The notes beneath the pieces are model-generated. The model had not been told where the DNA came from, did not search any database, and saw only the letters and a list, made by a program, of their open reading frames with translations. DNA of 64,000 nucleotides from Minisyncoccota bacterium (GTDB lineage: Bacteria; Patescibacteriota; Minisyncoccia; UBA6257; 2-01-FULL-56-20). Below are positions 19,434 to 28,180 of the stretch, piece after piece. Both the position numbers and the translations under genes were made by a program. How positions within the stretch are numbered: position 1 is the first letter of the stretch; each line of letters opens with the position of its first letter. The stretch spans positions 1,621 through 65,620 of the forward strand of contig DATKNI010000030.1 of the NCBI GenBank assembly GCA_035541415.1, in the 5' to 3' direction.

Positions 19434-20384
19434 ATGTATAAAAGAATTCTTGTGACGGGTGGCAGCGCGGTTGCGGGCGATGGGTTGAAGAGCGTCGTGG
19501 CGAAAGGGGAATATGACGGACGCGAATTTATTTTCCCGACGTCAAAAGAGTGCAACATGCTCGATTTTGAAGCGACCCAAAAATTTGTCGCGGATTGGAA
19601 GCCGGATGCCATTGTGCATTTCGCGGCCATCTCCGGCGGTATCCAGCTCACTATCGACCATCCGGCAAGCGTCATGCGCGACAACATCATCATGAACTTC
19701 AACGTCGCTGAAGCGGCGCGGGTGAACGGAGTTAATAAAGTTTTAATGACGCTCTCAGCGGCAATCTATCCTTTGGACACGCCTCTCCCCATGAAAGAAG
19801 AAGATATGCATAAAGGTTATCCGCATGAGACGAATTACAGCTACGCATTTGCAAAACGTCTCATCGACCCGATGGCCAAAGCATACAAGAAAGAATATGG
19901 CATGAGCATCGTTGGCATCATCCCTGGCGCGATCATAGGCCCCAAAAGCAACTTCGATCCCAAAAGCTCTACGGCAATCCCGGCGCTCATCCGGCGATTC
20001 TTTGAAAACCGCGGGAACAACGATCCTCTCGTTGTTTGGGGCGATGGCTCACCCGTGCGCCAGTTCACCTCGGACGAAGACATCGCCCGCATTGCCATGT
20101 GGTGCATTGATAATTATGACGATCCGCAGGTTTTGAATGTGAGCACCATGGAAGATCTCTCTATCAAAGAGGCAGCTTATGTCATCGCCAAAGCGCTCGG
20201 CGTGGATTCCGGGCGCATAACATTCGACACGACAAAGCCCGCAGGAACCCACAGTCAGGGCGTGGACAATAGCAAATTCGTTTCGCTTTCACATTTCAAA
20301 TACACGCCGGCGCGTGAAACGATAACGCGGACGGCGAAATATTTTGCAGAACATTATCCCGATCCGAAAAAACTGCGGTTGTAA
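19434..20384 (+). CDS. Second GDP-L-fucose-synthase-fold SDR (probable C4 reductase)
   Basis: HFAAISGGI, HETNYSYAFAKR, GPKSNF, VVWGDGSPVRQF, FDTTKP.G; ATG at 19434. Confidence 0.82.
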   Translation: MYKRILVTGGSAVAGDGLKSVVAKGEYDGREFIFPTSKECNMLDFEATQKFVADWKPDAIVHFAAISGGIQLTIDHPASVMRDNIIMNFNVAEAARVNGVNKVLMTLSAAIYPLDTPLPMKEEDMHKGYPHETNYSYAFAKRLIDPMAKAYKKEYGMSIVGIIPGAIIGPKSNFDPKSSTAIPALIRRFFENRGNNDPLVVWGDGSPVRQFTSDEDIARIAMWCIDNYDDPQVLNVSTMEDLSIKEAAYVIAKALGVDSGRITFDTTKPAGTHSQGVDNSKFVSLSHFKYTPARETITRTAKYFAEHYPDPKKLRL

Positions 20385-20401
20385 TAATCTATTATCACGC
20401 C

Positions 20402-21382
20402 ATGAACTATCGCACCATCGGGAAAACCGGGATCACCGTTTCCGAGATCGGTTTCGGGGCGTGGGGGATCGGCGGTGAAACGCAGGACGGTGCAAATTCA
20501 TACGGCAAGACCGATGACGCAGAATCAAAGCGCGCGCTGGAGCGCGCCTTTGAACTCGGCATCACGTTCTATGACACCTCAAACATTTATGGCTACGGCC
20601 ACAGCGAGGAATTGCTCGGCGAAGTTTTTAGCAAGCGGCGCGATAAAGTCGTGATAGCGGGAAAAGCGGGATTTACGAAGCACGACGGCCCGCACGATCT
20701 CTCGCCGGCATATTTACGAAAGTGTCTTGAAGAAAGCTTGCGCCGTTTGAAAACCGATTATATCGATGTCTACCAACTTCACAGTCCGCCGATCTCGCTC
20801 ATCGAAGAACATCCGGAATGCGTTGAAGAATTGCAGAAGATGAAATCCGAAGGCAAGATCCGCGCGATCGGCATCTCGGTAAAAGGTCCGGGCGACGCTC
20901 TTCCTGCCATCGAAAAATTTGGTTTCGAATCGGTACAGGTGAATTTCAATCTGATTGACCAGCGCGCGCTCGAGACTGGCGCGTTCGAGGCGGCACGGAA
21001 GCACGGCGCAGGGATCATCGCCCGCACGCCGCTCGCGTTCGGATTTCTCACGGGCGCAATAACCGATCTTCATTTCCCGCCGCATGACCATCGTTCGGCA
21101 TGGCCGGAACGGCAATTGAAGCTGTGGGCGGATGCCCCAAATGCGTTTGCATTCCTTCGCAAAGGGAAAGACTGGACGCCCACGCAGCTTGCCCTCAAGT
21201 TCTGTATCAGTTTTAATGCCGTATCGGCGGTAATTCCCGGGATACTCCATCCAAGCGAGGCCGAGCAAAATGCAGCGGCGAGCGAGGGGGCGCTGCTTAC
21301 CAAGCAGGAGATTGATGCCGCAATTGAGGTCTATAAGACACGCGAGTTTTTCGACAGATCTGCCGTGCGCAAGGTCGCATGA
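20402..21382 (+). CDS. Aldo/keto reductase
   Basis: VSEIGFGAWGIGG, FYDTSNIYGYGHSE, SLRRLKTDYIDVYQLH, GKIRAIGIS. Confidence 0.92.
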   Translation: MNYRTIGKTGITVSEIGFGAWGIGGETQDGANSYGKTDDAESKRALERAFELGITFYDTSNIYGYGHSEELLGEVFSKRRDKVVIAGKAGFTKHDGPHDLSPAYLRKCLEESLRRLKTDYIDVYQLHSPPISLIEEHPECVEELQKMKSEGKIRAIGISVKGPGDALPAIEKFGFESVQVNFNLIDQRALETGAFEAARKHGAGIIARTPLAFGFLTGAITDLHFPPHDHRSAWPERQLKLWADAPNAFAFLRKGKDWTPTQLALKFCISFNAVSAVIPGILHPSEAEQNAAASEGALLTKQEIDAAIEVYKTREFFDRSAVRKVA

Positions 21383-21390
21383 CGCGATTC

Positions 21391-21419
21391 TTGAAACGCC
21401 CAATTCGGCGTGTTATAGT
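21391..21419 (+). promoter_or_regulatory. Promoter of the ThDP enzyme pair (TTGAAA-N17-TATAGT, extended TG)
   Basis: Direct sequence match. Confidence 0.55.
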
Positions 21420-21430
21420 CGTGTATACCT

Positions 21431-22042
21431 ATGACCAAAGAAGAACTTATCCAATTTGAACAGGAGATAGCTGACGCCTATTGTGCCGGCCAAATCAGGG
21501 GCCCGGTGCATCTTTCTGATGGAAACGAAGACCAGTTGATCGAATTATTTAAAGGCATCAAAAAATCGGACTGGGTTTTTTCGACGTGGCGCAGCCATTA
21601 TCACGCGCTCCTTCACGGCGTTCCCAAAGAAGAGGTGAGAGCCGAGATCATGAAGGCCAACAGCATCACGCTCAGTTTCCCCGAGCACCGCTTTTTCACG
21701 TCCGCAATCGTAAACGGAATCACTCCGATCGCCGTCGGCGCCGCGATGGGCATAAAGAGAAAGGGAGAAGACCGGCATGTTTGGTGTTTTGTCGGTGACA
21801 TGGCGGCGGAAGCGGGAGTTTTCTATGAAAACGTAAAATATGCCGATAACCACGGCCTCCCGATCACGTTCGTTGTCGAAGACAACGGGCAGAGCGTCGG
21901 TACGCCGACGGATGTCGTCTGGGGATACGACAGATCGAAAGAGAAGCCGGATTATTTAAAATGGGACAGGAAGAATTTGATTTATTATCGTTACGAGAAA
22001 AAATGGCCTCACGTCGGGGCTGGCGTATGGGTGACATTCTAA
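21431..22042 (+). CDS. Short ThDP-dependent dehydrogenase E1 alpha-like subunit
   Basis: GQIRGPVHLSDGNE, TWRSHYHAL, GDMAAEAG...VVEDN ThDP/Mg motif; only 203 aa. Confidence 0.88.
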   Translation: MTKEELIQFEQEIADAYCAGQIRGPVHLSDGNEDQLIELFKGIKKSDWVFSTWRSHYHALLHGVPKEEVRAEIMKANSITLSFPEHRFFTSAIVNGITPIAVGAAMGIKRKGEDRHVWCFVGDMAAEAGVFYENVKYADNHGLPITFVVEDNGQSVGTPTDVVWGYDRSKEKPDYLKWDRKNLIYYRYEKKWPHVGAGVWVTF

Positions 22043-22045
22043 ACT

Positions 22046-22588
22046 ATGAAATATCGTGAAGAATTAAGAAGGGCGGTCCTTTATCTCGCAGAACACCCGA
22101 AGACCATTTTTATCGGGCAGAGCGTTTCATATCCCGGCAATGCGATCTATACCGGATCCCTCAAGGATGTCCCAATGGAGAAAAAAATCGAAATGCCCGT
22201 ATTCGAAGAAACGCAAATGGGCATGTCTATCGGCCTCGCCATGGAAGGATTCATTCCGGTCAGCGTTTTCCCTCGGTATAATTTTTTGATTGTTGCGGCA
22301 AACCAGCTCATCAATCATTTGGATAAGATTCCTCATATCTCACATGGCAAACTTCGCCCGAAGGTGATCATAAAGACAATGGTGGGCGGCGTGCGGCCGC
22401 TTGATCCGGGAGTTCAGCACAAAAGCAACTTCACCGAGGCGTTCCGCCATCTCGTTTCGGAAAATATTGTCATCGAAGACCTCACCGAGCCTGAGATGAT
22501 ATTCCCTGCGTATCAGCGGGCGCTTGAAAGGGAAGATGGCAAGTCGACGATTCTGGTTGAGTACGGCGACTTTAATAAGGAAAAATAA
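22046..22588 (+). CDS. Short E1 beta-like subunit (pyrimidine-binding domain only)
   Basis: IFIGQSV, EMPVFEETQMGMSIGLA, NQLIN, GVQH; no transketolase C-terminal domain. Confidence 0.85.
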   Translation: MKYREELRRAVLYLAEHPKTIFIGQSVSYPGNAIYTGSLKDVPMEKKIEMPVFEETQMGMSIGLAMEGFIPVSVFPRYNFLIVAANQLINHLDKIPHISHGKLRPKVIIKTMVGGVRPLDPGVQHKSNFTEAFRHLVSENIVIEDLTEPEMIFPAYQRALEREDGKSTILVEYGDFNKEK

Positions 22589-22676
22589 CTCTCTCGCGCG
22601 CAGCGTGGCGAGGGTTTGTCTGGATTTTAGCGCTGGTATCTTCCTTTGGATTGTGGTTTAATACCCGTGTTTCCCT

Positions 22677-23684
22677 ATGATTATCACGCGGACCCCATTT
22701 CGAATGTCATTTTTTGGCGGCGGGACGGACTATCCCGTCTGGTATGAAAAGCACGGAGGTGCGGTACTTTCGACTACAATCGATAGATTTTGTTATGTGA
22801 CGTGCCGTTACTATCCGCCGTTTTTTGACGCCAAGGTGCGCGTCGTTTGGTCAAAGATCGAACTCGTTCAAAACGCGAACGAACTTGAACATCCGATTGC
22901 ACGCCACACGTTAAATTTTTTAAATCTTCCCAAAAATATTGAAATTCATCACGCCGCCGATCTTCCGGCTCGCTCCGGCCTTGGTGCAAGTTCGTCGTTC
23001 ACCGTCGGTCTCTTGAACGCTCTCTATGCGTTGCTTGGGAAAAAGACAACTAAAGCGGATCTGGCTTCCGAGGCCATCCATATCGAGCGCGTGCTTGCCG
23101 GGGAAACCGTCGGCTCGCAGGACCAAGTGGCCGCCGCATTCGGCGGCTTCAATAAGATAGTTTTCCGCACCGACGGGAATATCGAAGTTATTCCTTTGAG
23201 CATTTCAGGCAATGTGCTTCGCGGCCTCAAAGATCGCTTGCTGCTTTTCTTCACCGGCCTTTCGCGCAGCGCTTCCGAAGTCGCGAGCGTACAGGTTAAG
23301 AATACTCCACAGAAAGAAAAAGAGCTGATAGCCATGCACGACATGGTGGACGAAGGGGTGAAATTTCTTGAAAACGGCGCACTCGACGACTTCGGCAAAC
23401 TGCTTCATGAAGCATGGCAGATGAAGCGGAGCTTGACGCCGCTCATCGCGAACGGCCACATCGATGCGATCTATGAAGCTGCGCGGAGCGCAGGCGCGAT
23501 CGGAGGCAAGCTTCTTGGTGCGGGCGGGGGAGGATTTATGCTCGTGTACGCGGATCCTTCCCGGCACAAGGCAATCAAGGAAAAACTTTCAAAATTCCTC
23601 TGCGTGCCATTCGACTTTGAACAAGAGGGGACGCAGGTTATCCACCAGAGCGGAGGCGTACTCGATGGTGTAAACTTTACATAA
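22677..23684 (+). CDS. hddA: D-glycero-alpha-D-manno-heptose 7-phosphate kinase (GHMP)
   Basis: TPFRMSFFGGGTD, LPARSGLGASS, GSQDQ, GGKLLGAGGGGF. Confidence 0.9.
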   Translation: MIITRTPFRMSFFGGGTDYPVWYEKHGGAVLSTTIDRFCYVTCRYYPPFFDAKVRVVWSKIELVQNANELEHPIARHTLNFLNLPKNIEIHHAADLPARSGLGASSSFTVGLLNALYALLGKKTTKADLASEAIHIERVLAGETVGSQDQVAAAFGGFNKIVFRTDGNIEVIPLSISGNVLRGLKDRLLLFFTGLSRSASEVASVQVKNTPQKEKELIAMHDMVDEGVKFLENGALDDFGKLLHEAWQMKRSLTPLIANGHIDAIYEAARSAGAIGGKLLGAGGGGFMLVYADPSRHKAIKEKLSKFLCVPFDFEQEGTQVIHQSGGVLDGVNFT

Positions 23685-23697
23685 TCATTAAAAAACC

Positions 23698-24696
23698 ATG
23701 AACGACCAACCCCAAAACAAAGCTCCCCGGATCTCGATTTTGATGCCGTCGTGGAATGCGGAAAAATATGTTGCGAGCACGCTCGATACGATCGTCATGC
23801 AGTCGTTCACGGATTGGGAAGCGATCGTTATGGATGGCGGATCCAAAGATCGGACTGTGGAAATTGCCCGCGGATACCAGAAGAAATATCCGAATATCCG
23901 CATATTTTCTGAGCCGGACGAAGGTCCATATCATGCAATCCACAAAGCTGCCCTTGCCGCGCGGGGCGAATTTTTAGTTGAAATGTGTTTTTCGGATGGC
24001 TATCTCGATAAGGATTGGTTTGCGAAGTGCGTTGCCGCGATGGATGCCGACCCGGAACTTTCGCTCGTGTGGGGCATTCCTTTTGACATGACGGAAGAAG
24101 GAGAGCTCAAAGGCCCAAGTTATGTATATGCCCGTTTCCTTCCAGATGAATACCGGGCGAAAAGCCCCAAAACCCCAGTGCTCAAAAAATTTATTAAGAA
24201 AATCGACGTTCGCCGTCCGTCGTCAATTTTGCGCGTAATCAAAAAAATCAATCCCACAAACGCGCGCATGGCGATCCACATGTTCAAACACGAAGAGCCA
24301 AAAAACAAAGAGGCATGGTTCCTCTATTGGCTCGAAACCGGAACAATTTTTCCGGATCTCAACATGTTCATGACAAAGAAAGTCTTTTTTGATTGCATGG
24401 AGCCATATGTCATGGGAACCCGTGAGACTGGCGATTGGATGCAATTTTATTTCAACTTCAACACCAAAGGATTCCTCTCGCGATGCATTCCGGTTCCGGC
24501 AAACTTCGGCCGCGTGCATGAAGGATCGGTGAGCGATCGTGTGAGAGGGTACAACGACGAGAAGCATCGTCGATATATAAAAATGGTCGTCGAGTTTGAG
24601 AAAAAGACACTATCACATCCCGGACAATTTTCGTTCGTCGATCGCGAAGGAAATCCGGTGCGGACGCTCGCCGACTACCAAGGAGGGCCCCGATAA
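23698..24696 (+). CDS. GT2 glycosyltransferase
   Basis: ISILMPSWN, MDGGSKDRT, SEPDEGPYHA. Confidence 0.85.
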   Translation: MNDQPQNKAPRISILMPSWNAEKYVASTLDTIVMQSFTDWEAIVMDGGSKDRTVEIARGYQKKYPNIRIFSEPDEGPYHAIHKAALAARGEFLVEMCFSDGYLDKDWFAKCVAAMDADPELSLVWGIPFDMTEEGELKGPSYVYARFLPDEYRAKSPKTPVLKKFIKKIDVRRPSSILRVIKKINPTNARMAIHMFKHEEPKNKEAWFLYWLETGTIFPDLNMFMTKKVFFDCMEPYVMGTRETGDWMQFYFNFNTKGFLSRCIPVPANFGRVHEGSVSDRVRGYNDEKHRRYIKMVVEFEKKTLSHPGQFSFVDREGNPVRTLADYQGGPR

Positions 24697-24721
24697 ATAA
24701 AGGGCGGCGGCAGGGGATTCG

Positions 24722-25891
24722 TCAACGACCGATGATCGATTTGATTGCCGCTTTCACAGTCGGCGACTTCAGCGCCGTTTTTTTAAGATTGTTTGCAATC
24801 GCACGTTTTGCAGAGGCGCTCCGGTCTTGTCTGAAAATTGCATCCCGGTAAGGAGCCACCGCCTCGATTGCCTTCTTATTCGCATACCAGAGTTTTTTCC
24901 GTCCATCAATTGAATAACATGTCAGATATTTTGAAAGGATGGATTTGATGGAGGTGAGAACCTTGACCCCCTTTTCGACATAAGCGAGATCGTCATAGAC
25001 CGTGTCGTGGTTTTCTTCATACAGCAAGCCCTTTTCGGCGATGGTTGATCCGATGATGCCAGCGTATTCATCAACCTGATTTCGCGTCATTTCCCCGAAC
25101 GAGCCGGTGTTGATAATGAGGTCGAATTTTGTGACATTGACAAGGTCCTGAGCCAGAAAATTCGGCACGAAAGTAAAGCGGCTTCCCTTTGGATCGAGAA
25201 CCGATTTGTCGCGGCCGTCGTAGATCGATTTCTCATCCACATACTGCGGCATTGTGACTTGCAGATAGATGGAAGAAAAGAAAAGCGATTCGGCGAGGTC
25301 AATCATATAGTAGCGCGCATTAGGCAAAAGCTCTTTTAGCTTATAGGCGAGCGCTCCGTAGCCGCTTCCAATCTCGAGTATTTTTGGCTCCTCAAGTGTT
25401 GCCAGGCGATCAAGCACGCCCTCGAAATATAATGCGGAAATATGCTTTTGATACATAAGCGTATCATCATTCACGATGCCGCCATTTATAACCCACCCGC
25501 ACTCTGCCATGATCCGCGGTGGACGATAAATATATTTGTCGGGAAGGCCTGCGGTCTTTTTCTTATAGGCTTTCAATAATTTTTTGGGGACGACGTTGTG
25601 GTGGGCGATTGTGTAGGGGAGCAGGGAATTACCGGGAAAAAGATACGTGTGCAAGCGCCAGGTGTTTACAACCTCATACGTCGGGTTAAAACAATATGCC
25701 ATAAGCTGGATCAGGTCCCAGATAAAATTTGGATCGACCGTGCCAGGATTGGACGTCTCCCGCTCTGCTATGAGTTTGCCACGATGGGCAATGATACTTC
25801 TTAGTTTTCCCGCCAAGAGTGATGCCTTGCGATAGTCTTCCTGCGAAATACTCGGGAAATTTTCCTCGAAGAGCTTTTTGCTGTTCTCCAT
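24722..25891 (-). CDS. Putative sugar O-methyltransferase (SAM-dependent)
   Basis: ILEIGSGYGALA, IDLAESL..S..YL, FDLIINTGSFGEM...QV..Y. Confidence 0.8.
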   Translation of the reverse strand: MENSKKLFEENFPSISQEDYRKASLLAGKLRSIIAHRGKLIAERETSNPGTVDPNFIWDLIQLMAYCFNPTYEVVNTWRLHTYLFPGNSLLPYTIAHHNVVPKKLLKAYKKKTAGLPDKYIYRPPRIMAECGWVINGGIVNDDTLMYQKHISALYFEGVLDRLATLEEPKILEIGSGYGALAYKLKELLPNARYYMIDLAESLFFSSIYLQVTMPQYVDEKSIYDGRDKSVLDPKGSRFTFVPNFLAQDLVNVTKFDLIINTGSFGEMTRNQVDEYAGIIGSTIAEKGLLYEENHDTVYDDLAYVEKGVKVLTSIKSILSKYLTCYSIDGRKKLWYANKKAIEAVAPYRDAIFRQDRSASAKRAIANNLKKTALKSPTVKAAIKSIIGR

Positions 25892-25957
25892 AATTCCCTT
25901 ATTATATCATCAGTTTTCGGTTAGCTGCTAGTATGTCTTGCCGTGTATAATATAGTG

Positions 25958-26797
25958 GTGAAAACCACCGTCGTAAGCATCCTTATGCCGACCTATAATC
26001 GCGTCGGCCTCCTCGAGCGGTCCATCAAAAGCATCCTGCGGCAGTCGTTTGCCGATTTTGAATTGCTCATCGTGAACGACGCCTCGACCGACGGCACAAA
26101 GGCATACCTCGACTCGCTTGCCGCGCACGATGCGCGCGTGCGGCCGATCCATAACGCCCGCAACAACTATCCGGATATTTCAAAAAATTTGAACGAAGGC
26201 CTCATGCAGGCGCGCGGCAAATATATCGCGCGGCTTGATGACGACGATTATTGGTGCGATGACGAAAAATTGCAAAAACAAGTTTCATTCCTCGATTCGC
26301 ATCCCGATTATATGATCGTCGGCGGAGGAACGATCGTGATCGACGAAAACGATACGGAGCGGTTCCGGTATTTGAAACTCGAAACGGATGAAGCGATCCG
26401 CAGCAAGGCGCTTTTTGCAAATCCATTCACGCATTCCACGGTGATGTTCCGCCGCGAGGATGCCGTTGCCGTCGGCGGATATGGCAACTTCAAAAATGCG
26501 GAAGATTGGGAGTTGTGGCTCAAGCTCGGCGTGCGCGGGAAGTTCTATAACTTCCAGGAATATTTTGTGCGTTATCTGCTCACCTCGCAAAGCAAAACAT
26601 TTTTATTCAAGCGTTCGCAATCGGAGGAAATATTAAAAATTATTAAAGCGCACCGGAACGAATATCCCAACTTTCTTGGCGGTTACCTGCTGAATTTCGG
26701 CCAGTATTGCTACAGTTTATTGCCCGACGGCTTGCGCAATGCCCTCTACAACACGCTCTCGCGCGCCAAGCGCACGGTATTCTCTTCGCAATCATAA
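25958..26797 (+). CDS. GT2 glycosyltransferase
   Basis: SILMPTYN, VNDASTDGT, YIARLDDDD, HSTVMFRR, EDWELW; GTG 6 nt after TATAAT. Confidence 0.9.
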   Translation: MKTTVVSILMPTYNRVGLLERSIKSILRQSFADFELLIVNDASTDGTKAYLDSLAAHDARVRPIHNARNNYPDISKNLNEGLMQARGKYIARLDDDDYWCDDEKLQKQVSFLDSHPDYMIVGGGTIVIDENDTERFRYLKLETDEAIRSKALFANPFTHSTVMFRREDAVAVGGYGNFKNAEDWELWLKLGVRGKFYNFQEYFVRYLLTSQSKTFLFKRSQSEEILKIIKAHRNEYPNFLGGYLLNFGQYCYSLLPDGLRNALYNTLSRAKRTVFSSQS

Positions 26798-26823
26798 ATT
26801 CGTATTACAATTGAGGAGTAACC

Positions 26824-27393
26824 ATGGACGACACCATAGCATTGGCATTTCTTGACCAGGACGGCGTGATCACAAAAGAAGTCCACCATCTCCATCGCAT
26901 GGAAGATTTGGAAATTCTTCCGAATGTCGCGAAGGCGATCCGCGCAATCCGGGCGAAAGGATTTAAGATTGCCGTCATCACGAACCAAGCCGCTGTTGCA
27001 AAAGGGATTGTCGAGCTCGATCAGGTTCTCGCCCTCCAAAAAGAAATCGTGCGCCGGCTTGCCGACGAGGGCGCCGTCATCGATGGCTATTTTTATTGCC
27101 CCCATCATCCGCAAGGGACGGTCGAGCCGTACAACCGTGAATGCGACTGCCGCAAGCCGGAGCCTGGCATGTTCAAAAGGGCGGCCGTAGAGTTCCAAGA
27201 AAAATTCGGCAAAAAAGTCGATTTCTCGGCGAGTGTTACGGTCGGTGATAAGACAGGCGATATCCTTGCCGGGCAAGCGGTCGGAACGCGGACCGTTTTG
27301 GTAGAGACCGGCTACGGCGGCAAAGACGGCGTGCACGAGGCAACCCCTGATTTCGTCGCCAAAGACCTCTTTGATGCGGTTCAGTACTTCTAA
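26824..27393 (+). CDS. gmhB: D-glycero-D-manno-heptose 1,7-bisphosphate phosphatase
   Basis: FLDQDGVI, ITNQ, YCPHHP..C.CRKPEPGM, VGDK..DI.AG. Confidence 0.92.
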   Translation: MDDTIALAFLDQDGVITKEVHHLHRMEDLEILPNVAKAIRAIRAKGFKIAVITNQAAVAKGIVELDQVLALQKEIVRRLADEGAVIDGYFYCPHHPQGTVEPYNRECDCRKPEPGMFKRAAVEFQEKFGKKVDFSASVTVGDKTGDILAGQAVGTRTVLVETGYGGKDGVHEATPDFVAKDLFDAVQYF

Positions 27394-27460
27394 CCGTATA
27401 ACCAAGAGCAAATCCCCGTGGGATTGATAATATTTCACAAATCTGTTTAATATATAGCGT

Positions 27461-28180
27461 ATGAAAGGCGTTATTCTCGCAGGTGGAAACGGAACCCGAT
27501 TGCGTCCAGTGACCTTCGAAATTCCCAAACCCCTCATCACGATTAAGAAAAAGCCGCTCATCAATTATAATCTCGATCTTCTGACCGCGGCGCATGTTGA
27601 CGACGTCAAGGTGATTATTCGTCCGCAGGACGATCCGGATTACAAGCGCTGGCTCCGCGAATATGCGCCCCACTATCCTTCGATGAACATCGAGCTTATC
27701 CTCGAATCGGAGCCGATGGGGACGCTCGGCTATGTTTTCCATCATCTCCAATCGTGGATCGGCAAGGATGATGTGTTTGTGGTGAACGGCGACGTGATCC
27801 ACAAAGGCGTCGACGTGAAAGCGATGCTCAAGCACCACGGCACGATTGGCATGCCCGCGACGATCGCGCTCATCAAAGTGGATCGTCCCGACGATTATGG
27901 CACGGCAGTTCTTGACGGCCACACCATTACTGAATTTGCGGAAAAAAAGAAAGGCCTTCCCGCCGGCCTTGTAAACGCTGGCCTCTACATGATCACGAAC
28001 AAGGCGCTGAAGCACATTGCGGAAGCCGGCGTCACCGGTCCGAAATATTTAATGTTTGAAAAAGAGATGTTCCCGGTGCTCGCAAACAGCAAGAAACTCG
28101 GCGGCTTTGTTGCCGACGGCGGCATGTTCTACGATTGCGGCACGTTTGAACGCTGGGAGAAGGCGATCAACGAAGTTTAA
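27461..28180 (+). CDS. Nucleotidyltransferase, probable heptose-1-phosphate guanylyltransferase (HddC-like)
   Basis: ILAGGNGTRLRP...PKPL, EPMGT, VNGD, FAEK, VNAGLY, DCGT; follows gmhB. Confidence 0.8.
   Translation: MKGVILAGGNGTRLRPVTFEIPKPLITIKKKPLINYNLDLLTAAHVDDVKVIIRPQDDPDYKRWLREYAPHYPSMNIELILESEPMGTLGYVFHHLQSWIGKDDVFVVNGDVIHKGVDVKAMLKHHGTIGMPATIALIKVDRPDDYGTAVLDGHTITEFAEKKKGLPAGLVNAGLYMITNKALKHIAEAGVTGPKYLMFEKEMFPVLANSKKLGGFVADGGMFYDCGTFERWEKAINEV

Noticed and set aside
21431-22588. Pyruvate dehydrogenase complex or pseudogene fragments
   Set aside because: No E2/E3 nearby; both ORFs keep catalytic motifs, end cleanly and have no frameshifted remainder
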